Below, piece after piece: positions 27,615 to 35,958 of a stretch of DNA of 64,000 nt (the stretch's first letter is position 1; each line of letters opens with the position of its first letter). The translations under genes and the position numbers were made by a program. The DNA is from a virus. The notes under the pieces are model-generated. The model was not told where the DNA came from and did not search any database. It saw only the letters and a program-made list of their open reading frames with translations. The stretch lies in IMG/VR virus record IMGVR_UViG_3300021599_000885; one strand, written 5' to 3'.

Positions 27615-28598
27615 TCAGTATAGGGCATCCACAAGCGGGTTTGATGCCTGCTGTACCAGTTCATCAACTGTCTCCTGTGCAATGGTGATAGCATCGGGAT
27701 TCACGTCCAGGGTGACGCAATTTCGGTTCAGGTTAAAAGCGGAAATAGCAGTCGTTCCAGATCCACAGAAGGGATCCAGAACCCATCCACCCTCAGGACA
27801 TGATGACTTTATGATACGTTCTAACAGTTTCAGGGGCTTTTGTGTGGGATATTTACGCTTATTCTTCTCACTTCTGCTGATAAAGTATACATCATCCCAC
27901 AAATTCTGCACTGGAACACCTTTGGACTCATGAGAATAGATTTTCTTGTAGATATTGTTTGCACCGTAGTGCAAACGGTCCTGGGCGTCCAGTTCTTCCA
28001 GTTTTTCCCTTGTTATACGGAACCCAAACTGTGGATTATATCCTTTGTACTCAAATCTTGCACAAGGACGACTCTTCTCACCGCTAACTTTAGCGAGAGC
28101 ATAATAACCAACCTCATCCTTGTTTTGGAAACTATTCGCAGCATATACTGGATCCAGAGAGGTATATTCAACCTCAAAGTATGGACTACCTTTACGGAAG
28201 ACCATAATGCTGTCTACGATGTTACCCCAACCGTTCTTGATATTGTTCTTTGGACCGCTGCGTTTCCAAGAAATATTTGTGTAGAAAGCGTCACGAATCT
28301 TGCGATTAACTTTAGACAATACCAGAGCATTACCAATGAAGTTATTATGACAATACATCCACCCATCTTTATTCAGTTTGGCGTAGGCATTGTTGATAAC
28401 TTCAGCATACCAGTCAATATAATCATCAAAGGAAGTCCAGTTGTCTGAGAATCCTTTCTCTTGACCATCTTCCTCTTGCATAGTAAAGTCCCTCTGCAAT
28501 CCAAAGGGAGGATCCATATAAACTAGGTCAAATGTCTGGTCAACAGTATTCAGTTCTTCAACGGGTTTCTGAAGAATCTTGATCTCAGACATAATCAA
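27615..28598 (-). CDS. DNA N6-adenine/N4-cytosine methyltransferase (beta class)
   Basis: DLVYMDPPF (motif IV), YPTQKP and VLDPFCGSGTT (motif I). Confidence 0.92.
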   Translation of the reverse strand: MIMSEIKILQKPVEELNTVDQTFDLVYMDPPFGLQRDFTMQEEDGQEKGFSDNWTSFDDYIDWYAEVINNAYAKLNKDGWMYCHNNFIGNALVLSKVNRKIRDAFYTNISWKRSGPKNNIKNGWGNIVDSIMVFRKGSPYFEVEYTSLDPVYAANSFQNKDEVGYYALAKVSGEKSRPCARFEYKGYNPQFGFRITREKLEELDAQDRLHYGANNIYKKIYSHESKGVPVQNLWDDVYFISRSEKNKRKYPTQKPLKLLERIIKSSCPEGGWVLDPFCGSGTTAISAFNLNRNCVTLDVNPDAITIAQETVDELVQQASNPLVDALY

Positions 28599-28624
28599 TC
28601 ACTTACAACAAACTATGATACCAT

Positions 28625-28648
28625 AAAAAAAGGAGGGCGTCAACCCTC
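28625..28648 (-). terminator. Intrinsic terminator after cp12, overlapping a sigma70 promoter for the methyltransferase
   Basis: GGAGGG-ttgacg-CCCTCC-T-tract; the loop is a -35 (TTGACG) with TATCAT downstream. Confidence 0.65.
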
Positions 28649-28655
28649 CAATCTA

Positions 28656-28868
28656 TCAGTCATCGTAGACTCTACATTCCAGTGCATTAGGATGAGTGTC
28701 GCAATACAACTCAAGTGGTGTAGGATCGTGTGAATCTTCTGGATGATGTTCTTTATATGTTTTCAGTGCTTCTAACTCTTCCTCAGTGTGCCTTCTTGCT
28801 TGTGGAGAGATAGTTGGATCACTCAAAAGGTCCTCGTCCTTTTGAATATGTGTGTCGATGTTTTCCAT
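28656..28868 (-). CDS. cp12: CP12 Calvin cycle inhibitor (auxiliary metabolic gene)
   Basis: 70 aa; C-terminal DPTPLELYCDTHPNALECRVYDD. Confidence 0.95.
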   Translation of the reverse strand: MENIDTHIQKDEDLLSDPTISPQARRHTEEELEALKTYKEHHPEDSHDPTPLELYCDTHPNALECRVYDD

Positions 28869-28899
28869 TGTTTTGTAACGGGATAATACTTATTTATTT

Positions 28900-29076
28900 T
28901 TATCGCGGTGTGTTGTCTTCCTTTCCTTCAAGACTTCGCACCATAAGTTCAGCAAACTTTTCCATTTTTTCGGCAGAAACTGTTTGTGGAGCATAGGTTA
29001 TTGCGTCTTTGAGGGCAATAAGTTCTTCCCACTCTTCTTTTGTGAGAACTTCAGAACCAGTTTTTGCGAGAGTCAT
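28900..29076 (-). CDS. Hypothetical protein (58 aa)
   Basis: MTLAKTGSEVLTKEEWEELIALKDAITYAPQTV...; AAGGA SD. Confidence 0.7.
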   Translation of the reverse strand: MTLAKTGSEVLTKEEWEELIALKDAITYAPQTVSAEKMEKFAELMVRSLEGKEDNTPR

Positions 29077-29164
29077 GAGTTCCTTGCGATGTGTCCCAAT
29101 GTTAGCATTTCAATATACTAATATCTAGAAACTTAATACTTTCTTTGGGATCACGTTACACTTC

Positions 29165-29389
29165 TTAATCTCCGAAGAAAGAACCAAAGGATCCACTGTC
29201 GCCAAACTTACGATTTTCCATCTTATCAAGCAGAGCATCTGTGCTGATGAGGGTATCAATTTGCATAATCATATCGGCAATATGTTTAGCAATGAATGGT
29301 TTTTCTTGACGAGCAGCATAAGATAATGCATTTCTTAATGATGCTTCTGCTTCTCGCAAACTCGTTTCAACTGATTCAGATAGAGCCAT
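29165..29389 (-). CDS. Hypothetical protein
   Basis: MALSESVETSLREAEASLRNALSYAARQEKP...; GAGGA SD. Confidence 0.75.
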   Translation of the reverse strand: MALSESVETSLREAEASLRNALSYAARQEKPFIAKHIADMIMQIDTLISTDALLDKMENRKFGDSGSFGSFFGD

Positions 29390-29567
29390 TTGCATCCTCA
29401 CATTTTTCATAAAAAATCCCATTTTTATAACAGGACTTTCCAGTTTCATAATATTTTACTATATTTGGTTGTGGTTTGTCAAGGTTACAGTATTCGCCTT
29501 GACTTTCTAGAAAGTTATTAGCACATCCCATTACAAGTATGGGAGCAAGAAAATTAAGAGTATACAT
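29376..29567 (-). CDS. Putative small lipoprotein
   Basis: Short hydrophobic N-terminus ending in LVMGC (lipobox-like). Confidence 0.5.
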   Translation of the reverse strand: MYTLNFLAPILVMGCANNFLESQGEYCNLDKPQPNIVKYYETGKSCYKNGIFYEKCEDANGSI

Positions 29568-29995
29568 TATGATCCAGGAGTCCAGTCATATCCACCCCAT
29601 GCCTTAATTGCTTCATATTCAGCATCAAGTTGTGCTCGCTTGTTATAGTATTCTGCCTCACGCAGGTTATACTCACGACACTTATCTTTCTCTTCTTGTT
29701 CTGCCGCAGCATCACACATTGCATTGAGTTCTTCTTCAGTATACTGAGAAAACTCTTCACCAGTTGGACTTAAGTCAACAGGACGATTACCTTTTAGCAG
29801 AGAAAGAAACTCAATATTCTTAGTCAGATACTTTTTATGATACTCTACATTTTCATCCACACATTTGATAAGAGTATCGTAAATGTCTTGTGGGGTAAGA
29901 TCTTCAGAATTCAAAGCATCATGTAACCAGTTTTCAAGGTGCTCAAGTGAATACTTTTTATATTCAAAATCAGTGCTGTACGGATTTGAGGTCAT
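29567..29995 (-). CDS. Hypothetical protein
   Basis: 142-aa ORF. Confidence 0.75.
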   Translation of the reverse strand: MTSNPYSTDFEYKKYSLEHLENWLHDALNSEDLTPQDIYDTLIKCVDENVEYHKKYLTKNIEFLSLLKGNRPVDLSPTGEEFSQYTEEELNAMCDAAAEQEEKDKCREYNLREAEYYNKRAQLDAEYEAIKAWGGYDWTPGS

Positions 29996-30143
29996 CTAGG
30001 TAGTCCTTGATTGCTTGCTCCATAATAACCTGAACTTCCTTCTGAGTCAAGCCATTAAGCCACGACCATTTTGAGTCTTGTGGGTCCCAGTCCATTGTGA
30101 ATGAACCATCTTTGTTTTCTGTTATTTTAAGAGAGTCTTCCAT
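29970..30143 (-). CDS. Hypothetical protein (57 aa)
   Basis: MEDSLKITENKDGSFTMDWDPQDSKWSWLNGLT... Confidence 0.7.
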   Translation of the reverse strand: MEDSLKITENKDGSFTMDWDPQDSKWSWLNGLTQKEVQVIMEQAIKDYLDDLKSVQH

Positions 30144-30334
30144 CAGAGTTCAGTATAATCTGGATCTTTTTTTGCTTTCTTACGAATTTTTTTGAGTTCT
30201 TTGAGTTCCATTTTAATATTTTGGTAGGCAGTTTCTGCATCAATCTTCCCACCCATTTCAAGAGCAATAATGATATCTGCTCTCGTTCCAAAATGTGATA
30301 ATGCCTTTTCTAAATTGCTTAGACCTTCATACAT
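30143..30334 (-). CDS. Hypothetical protein
   Basis: MYEGLSNLEKALSHFGTRADIIIALEMGGKID... Confidence 0.75.
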   Translation of the reverse strand: MYEGLSNLEKALSHFGTRADIIIALEMGGKIDAETAYQNIKMELKELKKIRKKAKKDPDYTEL

Positions 30335-30545
30335 CTGGAATAATCCTACAATGCTCGGCAAGAATATCTATGCGAGCATCAAGGGAGTTTTCCATCTCAT
30401 AAAGAGCATTAGTGAGTCCAATGTTCTCTTCTTCAAGGACACGAACACGGTCTTCAAGTTGAGTCAGTCTATCATAAACATCATCCATAGGAACACTGTC
30501 CGTAATTCCCCACTTTTCAAGAAACCAGTATGGATTACTTTTCAT
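30327..30545 (-). CDS. Coiled-coil hypothetical protein
   Basis: 72-aa coupled ORF. Confidence 0.7.
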   Translation of the reverse strand: MKSNPYWFLEKWGITDSVPMDDVYDRLTQLEDRVRVLEEENIGLTNALYEMENSLDARIDILAEHCRIIPDV

Positions 30546-30772
30546 AGTTTTCCACCTACTTCGCCCGAATAAGATTTGGTCTCAGTCCAACCTTCCTGCC
30601 GTCCTTTAAGATAAAAACGGGTGCCTGATATACATGACTCTTCAGTGAGAGCTGAGACCAATCCGTTACCTTCTTTGTCATAACTATCCCAGAGAAATTT
30701 TCCTTTTACAACATAAAAACATTCGTCAATCAGTTTCTTATCTGGTATATCAAGTGGATTGCGTTTCGTCAT
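30542..30772 (-). CDS. Hypothetical protein
   Basis: ...TRFYLKGRQEGW...YSGEVGGKL. Confidence 0.7.
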   Translation of the reverse strand: MTKRNPLDIPDKKLIDECFYVVKGKFLWDSYDKEGNGLVSALTEESCISGTRFYLKGRQEGWTETKSYSGEVGGKL

Positions 30773-30977
30773 TTTTTTTATTGAATCCAAAAGGTTGAGT
30801 TTCTGCTTCTTTCTCTACGCGAAGTTTCTGTGCTAGGGTGCAGACATTCTCAGCAACTTTGAGGACATCTTCTACCTTAGTATCGGCAGGCAGACGCCCT
30901 TTCACATATTCATAGATAGGAAAGAAGATGTCTGCTGCTTCGGTTACTTCTTCAATTGTCAGTGGTTTTGTATTCAT
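30750..30977 (-). CDS. Hypothetical protein
   Basis: 75-aa ORF ending QPFGF. Confidence 0.7.
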   Translation of the reverse strand: MNTKPLTIEEVTEAADIFFPIYEYVKGRLPADTKVEDVLKVAENVCTLAQKLRVEKEAETQPFGFNKKNDETQST

Positions 30978-31122
30978 TGGGTCTCTTCAAATCAGGGTGA
31001 GGTGCATACAGTGGTCCTTGGTAATCACCAGCATGAACTTTTTTAAGTGCCTCTACAACTTCAGGAGTTTCATCCCAAGTCCATACATCGCCAGTTTTTC
31101 CAGTAAAAGTGCGTTCAGTCAT
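30952..31122 (-). CDS. Hypothetical protein (56 aa)
   Basis: MTERTFTGKTGDVWTWDETPEVVEALK...YQGPLYAPHPDL; GGAGG SD. Confidence 0.65.
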   Translation of the reverse strand: MTERTFTGKTGDVWTWDETPEVVEALKKVHAGDYQGPLYAPHPDLKRPNEYKTTDN

Positions 31123-31300
31123 TCATAACCTCCTGAGTTGCGTTGAGTAGTGTTTGCACCATTGCATCTAAAGTATCCATTGGAATCCACGCTGGATCTT
31201 CATTAGCAAACTGTACTAGAACTTCAGTAACTTTCTTACGATACTGAAGACTATACAGAGTTCTTGTATTTTTAACGAATGATATAGGATTAGTCATCAT
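31115..31300 (-). CDS. Hypothetical protein
   Basis: 61-aa ORF. Confidence 0.7.
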   Translation of the reverse strand: MMTNPISFVKNTRTLYSLQYRKKVTEVLVQFANEDPAWIPMDTLDAMVQTLLNATQEVMND

Positions 31301-31463
31301 ATTTGTAACTGAGTTTGATGTCTTTCTTGTTTAGTTTGTAACGATCAATGTGTTTTTTACGGTGCTCTTCAGATTGGAAATAACACTTACGTGTTTCCTT
31401 TCCGTCCTTATGAATGAGTTTCCAAGGGAACTGATCAAATGGAAATTCTTCTGTGTAGTCCAT
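31290..31463 (-). CDS. Hypothetical protein (57 aa)
   Basis: MDYTEEFPFDQFPWKLIHKDGKETRKCYFQSEEH... Confidence 0.7.
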   Translation of the reverse strand: MDYTEEFPFDQFPWKLIHKDGKETRKCYFQSEEHRKKHIDRYKLNKKDIKLSYKYDD

Positions 31464-31624
31464 CATCTAGGTTGTTCACGGTTCTGATCATAGCAGAGAT
31501 CATATATTTCGTCAAGCACGGCACTACATTCCCAATACTCTGCGGTATTGTTGAGACATTTCTCAACTTGATACCTACGAACAGCAGTCTGAATGAGACG
31601 CCACTGATCTGCTCTAAGTTCCAT
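31463..31624 (-). CDS. Hypothetical protein (53 aa)
   Basis: MELRADQWRLIQTAVRRYQVEK...; AGGAG SD. Confidence 0.65.
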   Translation of the reverse strand: MELRADQWRLIQTAVRRYQVEKCLNNTAEYWECSAVLDEIYDLCYDQNREQPR

Positions 31625-31625
31625 A

Positions 31626-32099
31626 TTATTCTCCTAGTGTATGAATCACTGGTTTTTCGTGTGCCAGAATGTGATACAGGTCAGGGTTCTTCGCTGCTGA
31701 TACTGGAACAAACTCTGTCTCTGGATCAAACTCATCGTCACGAATTGCCTGGTTAATCACAATCGAACCATCAGCGCCAGAGTATGAACGATGGAAGGTC
31801 ATTTTAGGAATCACCAGAGCACCAGAAGAACGATTCAGGTGAACAATATGATAAGGATAACGCCACTCTGGGTTGACTAATTCAAATGTGCGAATTCCAG
31901 ACAGAACACGGTTGTGGTCAATCTGGTGATAATGGATATAAAACTGTTTAGCACCTACAATATCATCTGGTGGTGAAATAGCAGGACCAGTATGACACAC
32001 AAGGTCTTGTGCGTTAGAGTTCTCTACGGAAATATCATAGAACACTACCGCTTCTGTTTCACGGAAGACTCTATGCTTCTTAAAGGTTACTTCGCTCAT
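31626..32099 (-). CDS. Cupin-fold protein (RmlC/sugar epimerase-like)
   Basis: FYIHYHQIDHNRVLSG...LVIPKMTFHRS cupin motifs. Confidence 0.7.
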   Translation of the reverse strand: MSEVTFKKHRVFRETEAVVFYDISVENSNAQDLVCHTGPAISPPDDIVGAKQFYIHYHQIDHNRVLSGIRTFELVNPEWRYPYHIVHLNRSSGALVIPKMTFHRSYSGADGSIVINQAIRDDEFDPETEFVPVSAAKNPDLYHILAHEKPVIHTLGE

Positions 32100-32293
32100 T
32101 AGTCGTACAAGTTTTGCTCTTGTTGTATTCTATCTATGTGATGATAAATGGTTGCTTCAGAATACTTAAACTCCTTAAAACGGCGTGGATTATTCTTTTT
32201 CATTTTAGTAAGCATATTAATCCACTGATAGCGACTATCCACTATCCAACCATATCTACGCTCATCATGGAACATATCAAATAGTGAAATCAT
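32099..32293 (-). CDS. Hypothetical protein
   Basis: 64-aa coupled ORF. Confidence 0.65.
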   Translation of the reverse strand: MISLFDMFHDERRYGWIVDSRYQWINMLTKMKKNNPRRFKEFKYSEATIYHHIDRIQQEQNLYD

Positions 32294-32481
32294 TTGAACC
32301 CCTTACTCTTCTTTTTATCAAGAACTTCAATATGACTTACAAAGTTTGATGGAGTCTGAAACCACGCTGCCTGAACATCCATATAGTCCTCAAAGAAAAC
32401 TTCCTGCCCATTACTATAAACCAACTTATAGTTGTGCCTATCGTATGGTTCGTCTGATGTTTGTTTGAATGTTTCAGTCAT
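32290..32481 (-). CDS. Hypothetical protein
   Basis: 63-aa coupled ORF. Confidence 0.7.
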   Translation of the reverse strand: MTETFKQTSDEPYDRHNYKLVYSNGQEVFFEDYMDVQAAWFQTPSNFVSHIEVLDKKKSKGFK

Positions 32482-32723
32482 TTTTCGTAAACGGGACGAG
32501 TGTTATTACAGTAAAGAAAATACTTGTATTCAGCAAGATTGGAAGCAGTCCATCTTACTATATCACATCCTTTGTAGGTGTCAACAACTTCAGCAGATGG
32601 TTTTAGTTCTGTGCCATTGCGTAGAAGAAAGGCAAGACCAAGAATAATAATACCTACAATAATACCAATAGAACCAGCACCACGCAGGAATTCTTTCAAA
32701 AATTGTTTATCGTCATTAGTCAT
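32478..32723 (-). CDS. Membrane-anchored hypothetical protein
   Basis: One TM helix; VVDTYKGCDIVRW. Confidence 0.7.
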   Translation of the reverse strand: MTNDDKQFLKEFLRGAGSIGIIVGIIILGLAFLLRNGTELKPSAEVVDTYKGCDIVRWTASNLAEYKYFLYCNNTRPVYEK

Positions 32724-32893
32724 TGGTCTTTTACCTTACAAGACGAAGTACATACTAAATCACCAGAAGACCCAGACACAGTAGAAGTATGTTGAGGTGT
32801 CCTCTCTGGTGTTAGATTATAGGACACAATCGCAGAAATGAAAAACGCAAGTGCTGGAATCGCAACATATTGGAGATAAGTTTTACTGCTCAT
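32720..32893 (-). CDS. Small membrane protein (57 aa)
   Basis: MSSKTYLQYVAIPALAFFISAIVSYNL... Confidence 0.55.
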   Translation of the reverse strand: MSSKTYLQYVAIPALAFFISAIVSYNLTPERTPQHTSTVSGSSGDLVCTSSCKVKDQ

Positions 32894-33169
32894 TTAACTT
32901 CTTCCCCGAAGGTTCCAAGGATCAACACCAGGAGGAATAGGAGCATCCCAGTCATCATCATAACTCTCACCCATACTCTCTAAAATACTGCGAGCAAAAG
33001 AAACCAAAGAATACTTTTCCCCATCAGCAAATACCTCATAATCATGTGGTGGATATTCATAATAATCTCCACCACCTTTACCATCATAGCAGTGAGTTTC
33101 TCTTGCTAGAATTTTGAGTTCTTTAAGTAGAAATGTAAGTTTTTGTTCGTCAGTCACAGGTTTCATCAC
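32894..33169 (-). CDS. Hypothetical protein
   Basis: 91-aa ORF. Confidence 0.65.
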   Translation of the reverse strand: MMKPVTDEQKLTFLLKELKILARETHCYDGKGGGDYYEYPPHDYEVFADGEKYSLVSFARSILESMGESYDDDWDAPIPPGVDPWNLRGRS

Positions 33170-33338
33170 TCCAAAAATATTTTAATTCATTATCTTTTGC
33201 TACAATATTGAGATGATAAATTTTATTATCTTGTGTATAGCACCCAATCCATAAAGCATTTTCCGTCATACTTTCAAGATGAAACATCTCAACATCTTTC
33301 AGCACAATCTCATCAGGGTTTTCGGTGAATCTACTCAT
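33150..33338 (-). CDS. Hypothetical protein
   Basis: 62-aa coupled ORF. Confidence 0.7.
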   Translation of the reverse strand: MSRFTENPDEIVLKDVEMFHLESMTENALWIGCYTQDNKIYHLNIVAKDNELKYFWSDETCD

Positions 33339-33598
33339 TTATAAGGGTTCTCCATTTGATCTACGATTGCCATAAAGAAAGCAACTCTGTCTTTTTCATA
33401 ATCTACATCAACCTGATGATCGTCGCAGAGTTTTGTAACAGCAAGTTGATCGTGAGTTTGATAACTGTAATTAAACTTACCATACTCAATATGATCCAGA
33501 AACTTTTGTTTCATCACCTCAAAGATAAGTGCGAGTTCTTCTTGAGTCAGTTCAGTTTCTCTTTCAGTGGGAGAATGTCCATTAAATGCGATTTTCAT
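33335..33598 (-). CDS. Hypothetical protein
   Basis: 87-aa coupled ORF. Confidence 0.7.
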   Translation of the reverse strand: MKIAFNGHSPTERETELTQEELALIFEVMKQKFLDHIEYGKFNYSYQTHDQLAVTKLCDDHQVDVDYEKDRVAFFMAIVDQMENPYK

Positions 33599-33894
33599 TT
33601 CAATACCTCATCAACATCAATACCATCAGGTAATCCAGCAATACCAAGTTTAAATCTTACAAAAGAAATAAAGTCAATTGCATCTTGTTCATAAACATAA
33701 TGTCCACCATTGTTATCACTTTCGGTGTAATTGGTGAAGTAATCATCAAACACCATCATAATCGCAAGAGCACGGGATTGGTCATGTTCTGTGATAGTTT
33801 TATGAGGATGTGCGACAATCTTTGTGATACACTCAAACAACTCTTCACGAGTGTATGAGAATGCTTTTGCTTCTGGGTTGAGATTGTAAGTCAT
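33595..33894 (-). CDS. Hypothetical protein
   Basis: 99-aa coupled ORF. Confidence 0.7.
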   Translation of the reverse strand: MTYNLNPEAKAFSYTREELFECITKIVAHPHKTITEHDQSRALAIMMVFDDYFTNYTESDNNGGHYVYEQDAIDFISFVRFKLGIAGLPDGIDVDEVLK

Positions 33895-34475
33895 TTTACA
33901 AGAAGTTCAAGAAGGTCTGCGGCTTGATTACAGATTATACCATGTTTAGTGAAGTATTGGTCAACCATTTCTTCATTTTGAGCCCAAGAACGAAGTTCAA
34001 GTGCAAGTTCTGCAGCGAGTTCTTGATGTTCAATTCTTGCAAGTTGTTTCATTGCATCTGAGTGTTCTCCAATAAAGTTCTTTGCGATTTCTAGAACTTG
34101 ATTCTCTTTTTCTGTTAATTCTACTTCTTCCAACATAGATTCATCCCAAGGTTTCTGTCCAAAATTTTCATAATCAATTCCAAGTGATTCTAATGCTGCT
34201 TTGTTTTCTGCTTCTCGTTTTGCGGCAACTTCAAGCATTTCTTCGTGAGTCATCTCTTTAAGCTCTAATTTCATTTCTGGAGTTTGGATTTTTCCCCAAG
34301 AACTACCATCAACTGCGAAAGTTTCTTTTCCTTTATCATAAAATCTCAACTTATTATCATTCATAAGTTCTCGGATTTTCTCCTTTCCGTATTGTGTGAG
34401 TTCTTGTTTGTTCTTACGAAGTTCTTGAACTTCCTCATCAGTCAATCCAATCACCCACGGCATATCTTCACTCAT
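33891..34475 (-). CDS. Hypothetical protein
   Basis: 194-aa Glu-rich ORF. Confidence 0.7.
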   Translation of the reverse strand: MSEDMPWVIGLTDEEVQELRKNKQELTQYGKEKIRELMNDNKLRFYDKGKETFAVDGSSWGKIQTPEMKLELKEMTHEEMLEVAAKREAENKAALESLGIDYENFGQKPWDESMLEEVELTEKENQVLEIAKNFIGEHSDAMKQLARIEHQELAAELALELRSWAQNEEMVDQYFTKHGIICNQAADLLELLVK

Positions 34476-34620
34476 TAAAACTCTCCTGAAACTCTTTCCA
34501 GCGTTTGTCTAATTGACTGTCCATCCAACCCCAGACACCGTGTTCCATACCATCAACACCAGCAACTTCAATCTCATCTTGAATAAGACGGCGGAGCATT
34601 TCAATTTGTTCGTCAGTCAT
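34468..34620 (-). CDS. Hypothetical protein (50 aa)
   Basis: MTDEQIEMLRRLIQDEIE...; ATGA coupling. Confidence 0.6.
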   Translation of the reverse strand: MTDEQIEMLRRLIQDEIEVAGVDGMEHGVWGWMDSQLDKRWKEFQESFNE

Positions 34621-34847
34621 TTCCGTGCCTCCCAAAATCTACCATCAGGTCTACAAGAATAATCAAGTTCTTTCCATCGTTCTGATCTCAACATATCACA
34701 AAACCTATTTTCATTACCAGTTACAGGATTTTGTGTTGTATTTGGAGAGGCACAAGTATCATAATGATAAGTTCCAGAGAGAATATGAGAAATCCAATCC
34801 TTACGATAATGCTTACAATCCTTACAAAGAAGAATAGGTTCAGTCAT
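34617..34847 (-). CDS. Cys-containing hypothetical protein
   Basis: LCKDCKHY...C...C...C pattern. Confidence 0.7.
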   Translation of the reverse strand: MTEPILLCKDCKHYRKDWISHILSGTYHYDTCASPNTTQNPVTGNENRFCDMLRSERWKELDYSCRPDGRFWEARK

Positions 34848-34936
34848 TCATCTTCCTCATAAGGGAACATTTCATCATACTCTTCATCAGTCAGAGTAAG
34901 ATACTGAACATTAGCGTTCTTGTGCTCTTCGGCATA
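34844..34936 (-). pseudogene. Headless C-terminal gene fragment (YAEEHKNANVQYLTLTDEEYDEMFPYEEDE)
   Basis: No start codon; in-frame stop 2 codons upstream; its own stop is ATGA-coupled to the next gene. Confidence 0.5.
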
Positions 34937-35124
34937 CCCTCAGCAACAGTTTCAACATCCCATCCTGGTATAATACTATAAAACCATTCCATATGTTCAT
35001 CATATTCAGAATCTTCCAGTTCAAGAACTCCATTAATTCGTTCACTTACTGCAAGTGCTTCCTCTTCTGTATCAAATGTCAAAAGACAAGTTTGTGTTTC
35101 TGTTACTAAAACTTCGTAAGTCAT
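34891..35124 (-). CDS. Hypothetical protein (C-terminus probably altered by deletion)
   Basis: 77-aa ORF whose tail overlaps the headless fragment out of frame. Confidence 0.55.
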   Translation of the reverse strand: MTYEVLVTETQTCLLTFDTEEEALAVSERINGVLELEDSEYDEHMEWFYSIIPGWDVETVAEGMPKSTRTLMFSILL

Positions 35125-35282
35125 CGGATGTAAAGATGTTGTTTGTTTACAATCATATGATCCAGAACCTGTGCGAGTTTCTGTTCATATGTGGGATTAT
35201 CATGCTTCATACACTCCACATAAGCATCATGCAGACGAGCATAAAGATCTTCCCAGTGTGTTTTGTCAATCGGTTTAATCAT
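35121..35282 (-). CDS. Hypothetical protein (53 aa)
   Basis: MIKPIDKTHWEDLYARLHDAYVECMK...; coupled on both sides. Confidence 0.65.
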   Translation of the reverse strand: MIKPIDKTHWEDLYARLHDAYVECMKHDNPTYEQKLAQVLDHMIVNKQHLYIR

Positions 35283-35479
35283 AATACCTCCCAATCACAT
35301 TCCCAATGACAATCGTTGCTTACATTGACCCAGAAGAAGTATTTCTGGTTCTCTGATGCGAGAAACAGCATACCATCACCTTTATCTTGCTCTACAATAC
35401 AGATGGGGTTGTTGCCCATAAGATTAGCAAGTCTGTTTTTGGATTTACTGCTCTTCGGTTTTACAGTCACTCTTCGCAT
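35279..35479 (-). CDS. Hypothetical protein
   Basis: VTVKPKSSKSKNRLANLM...FLASEN.KYFFWV. Confidence 0.75.
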   Translation of the reverse strand: MRRVTVKPKSSKSKNRLANLMGNNPICIVEQDKGDGMLFLASENQKYFFWVNVSNDCHWECDWEVL

Positions 35480-35628
35480 TTGAGGGTTACCCGTGGTGGA
35501 ATGTCCATAAGTTCATCATACAGCATCTGGGCGAACCCGTAATGGGGTCTTGTACCAGTTTCAATACTGGTTGAGGTCGCCACTGCCCACATAATATCAA
35601 GTTGTAGTTTATCAGGTAGTTTCTTCAT
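35467..35628 (-). CDS. Hypothetical protein (53 aa)
   Basis: MKKLPDKLQLDIMWAVATSTSIETG... Confidence 0.65.
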   Translation of the reverse strand: MKKLPDKLQLDIMWAVATSTSIETGTRPHYGFAQMLYDELMDIPPRVTLKCEE

Positions 35629-35958
35629 CTTCCTCATCAGACAGGACAGTTCCCATAGGACCTTTTTTGATACGCTCCCACTCTTTTTCTGCTTCAAGCA
35701 TATCATCAAACTTCTTCCTCAGCTTCGGTCTTCACTAAATGCAAGACCACAAGCACCTTTCATAATGTTGATGTCATTATGACCCATCGCACGGGCAACA
35801 GTTGCGAAGAAACGGAACAGTTGATGAACATTAAGGTCTTCAGCAGGAATCTGAAAAGTATAATGCTCTTCAGGAAGCACAGTATCATCAAAACCGCTGC
35901 TGTAACTGGTGGAAGTCCATTCAGTATCAAACTGAACCTTGAGAGATGCCTTATACAT
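35612..35958 (-). pseudogene. Probable frameshifted gene
   Basis: MYKASL...AFSEDRS* (35719-35958) continues in another frame as LRKKFDDMLEAEKEWERIKKGPMGT...*. Confidence 0.45.

Noticed and set aside
28900-29076. nblA next to cp12
   Set aside because: It lacks the LSLEQxF/L-type NblA signature; left as hypothetical.
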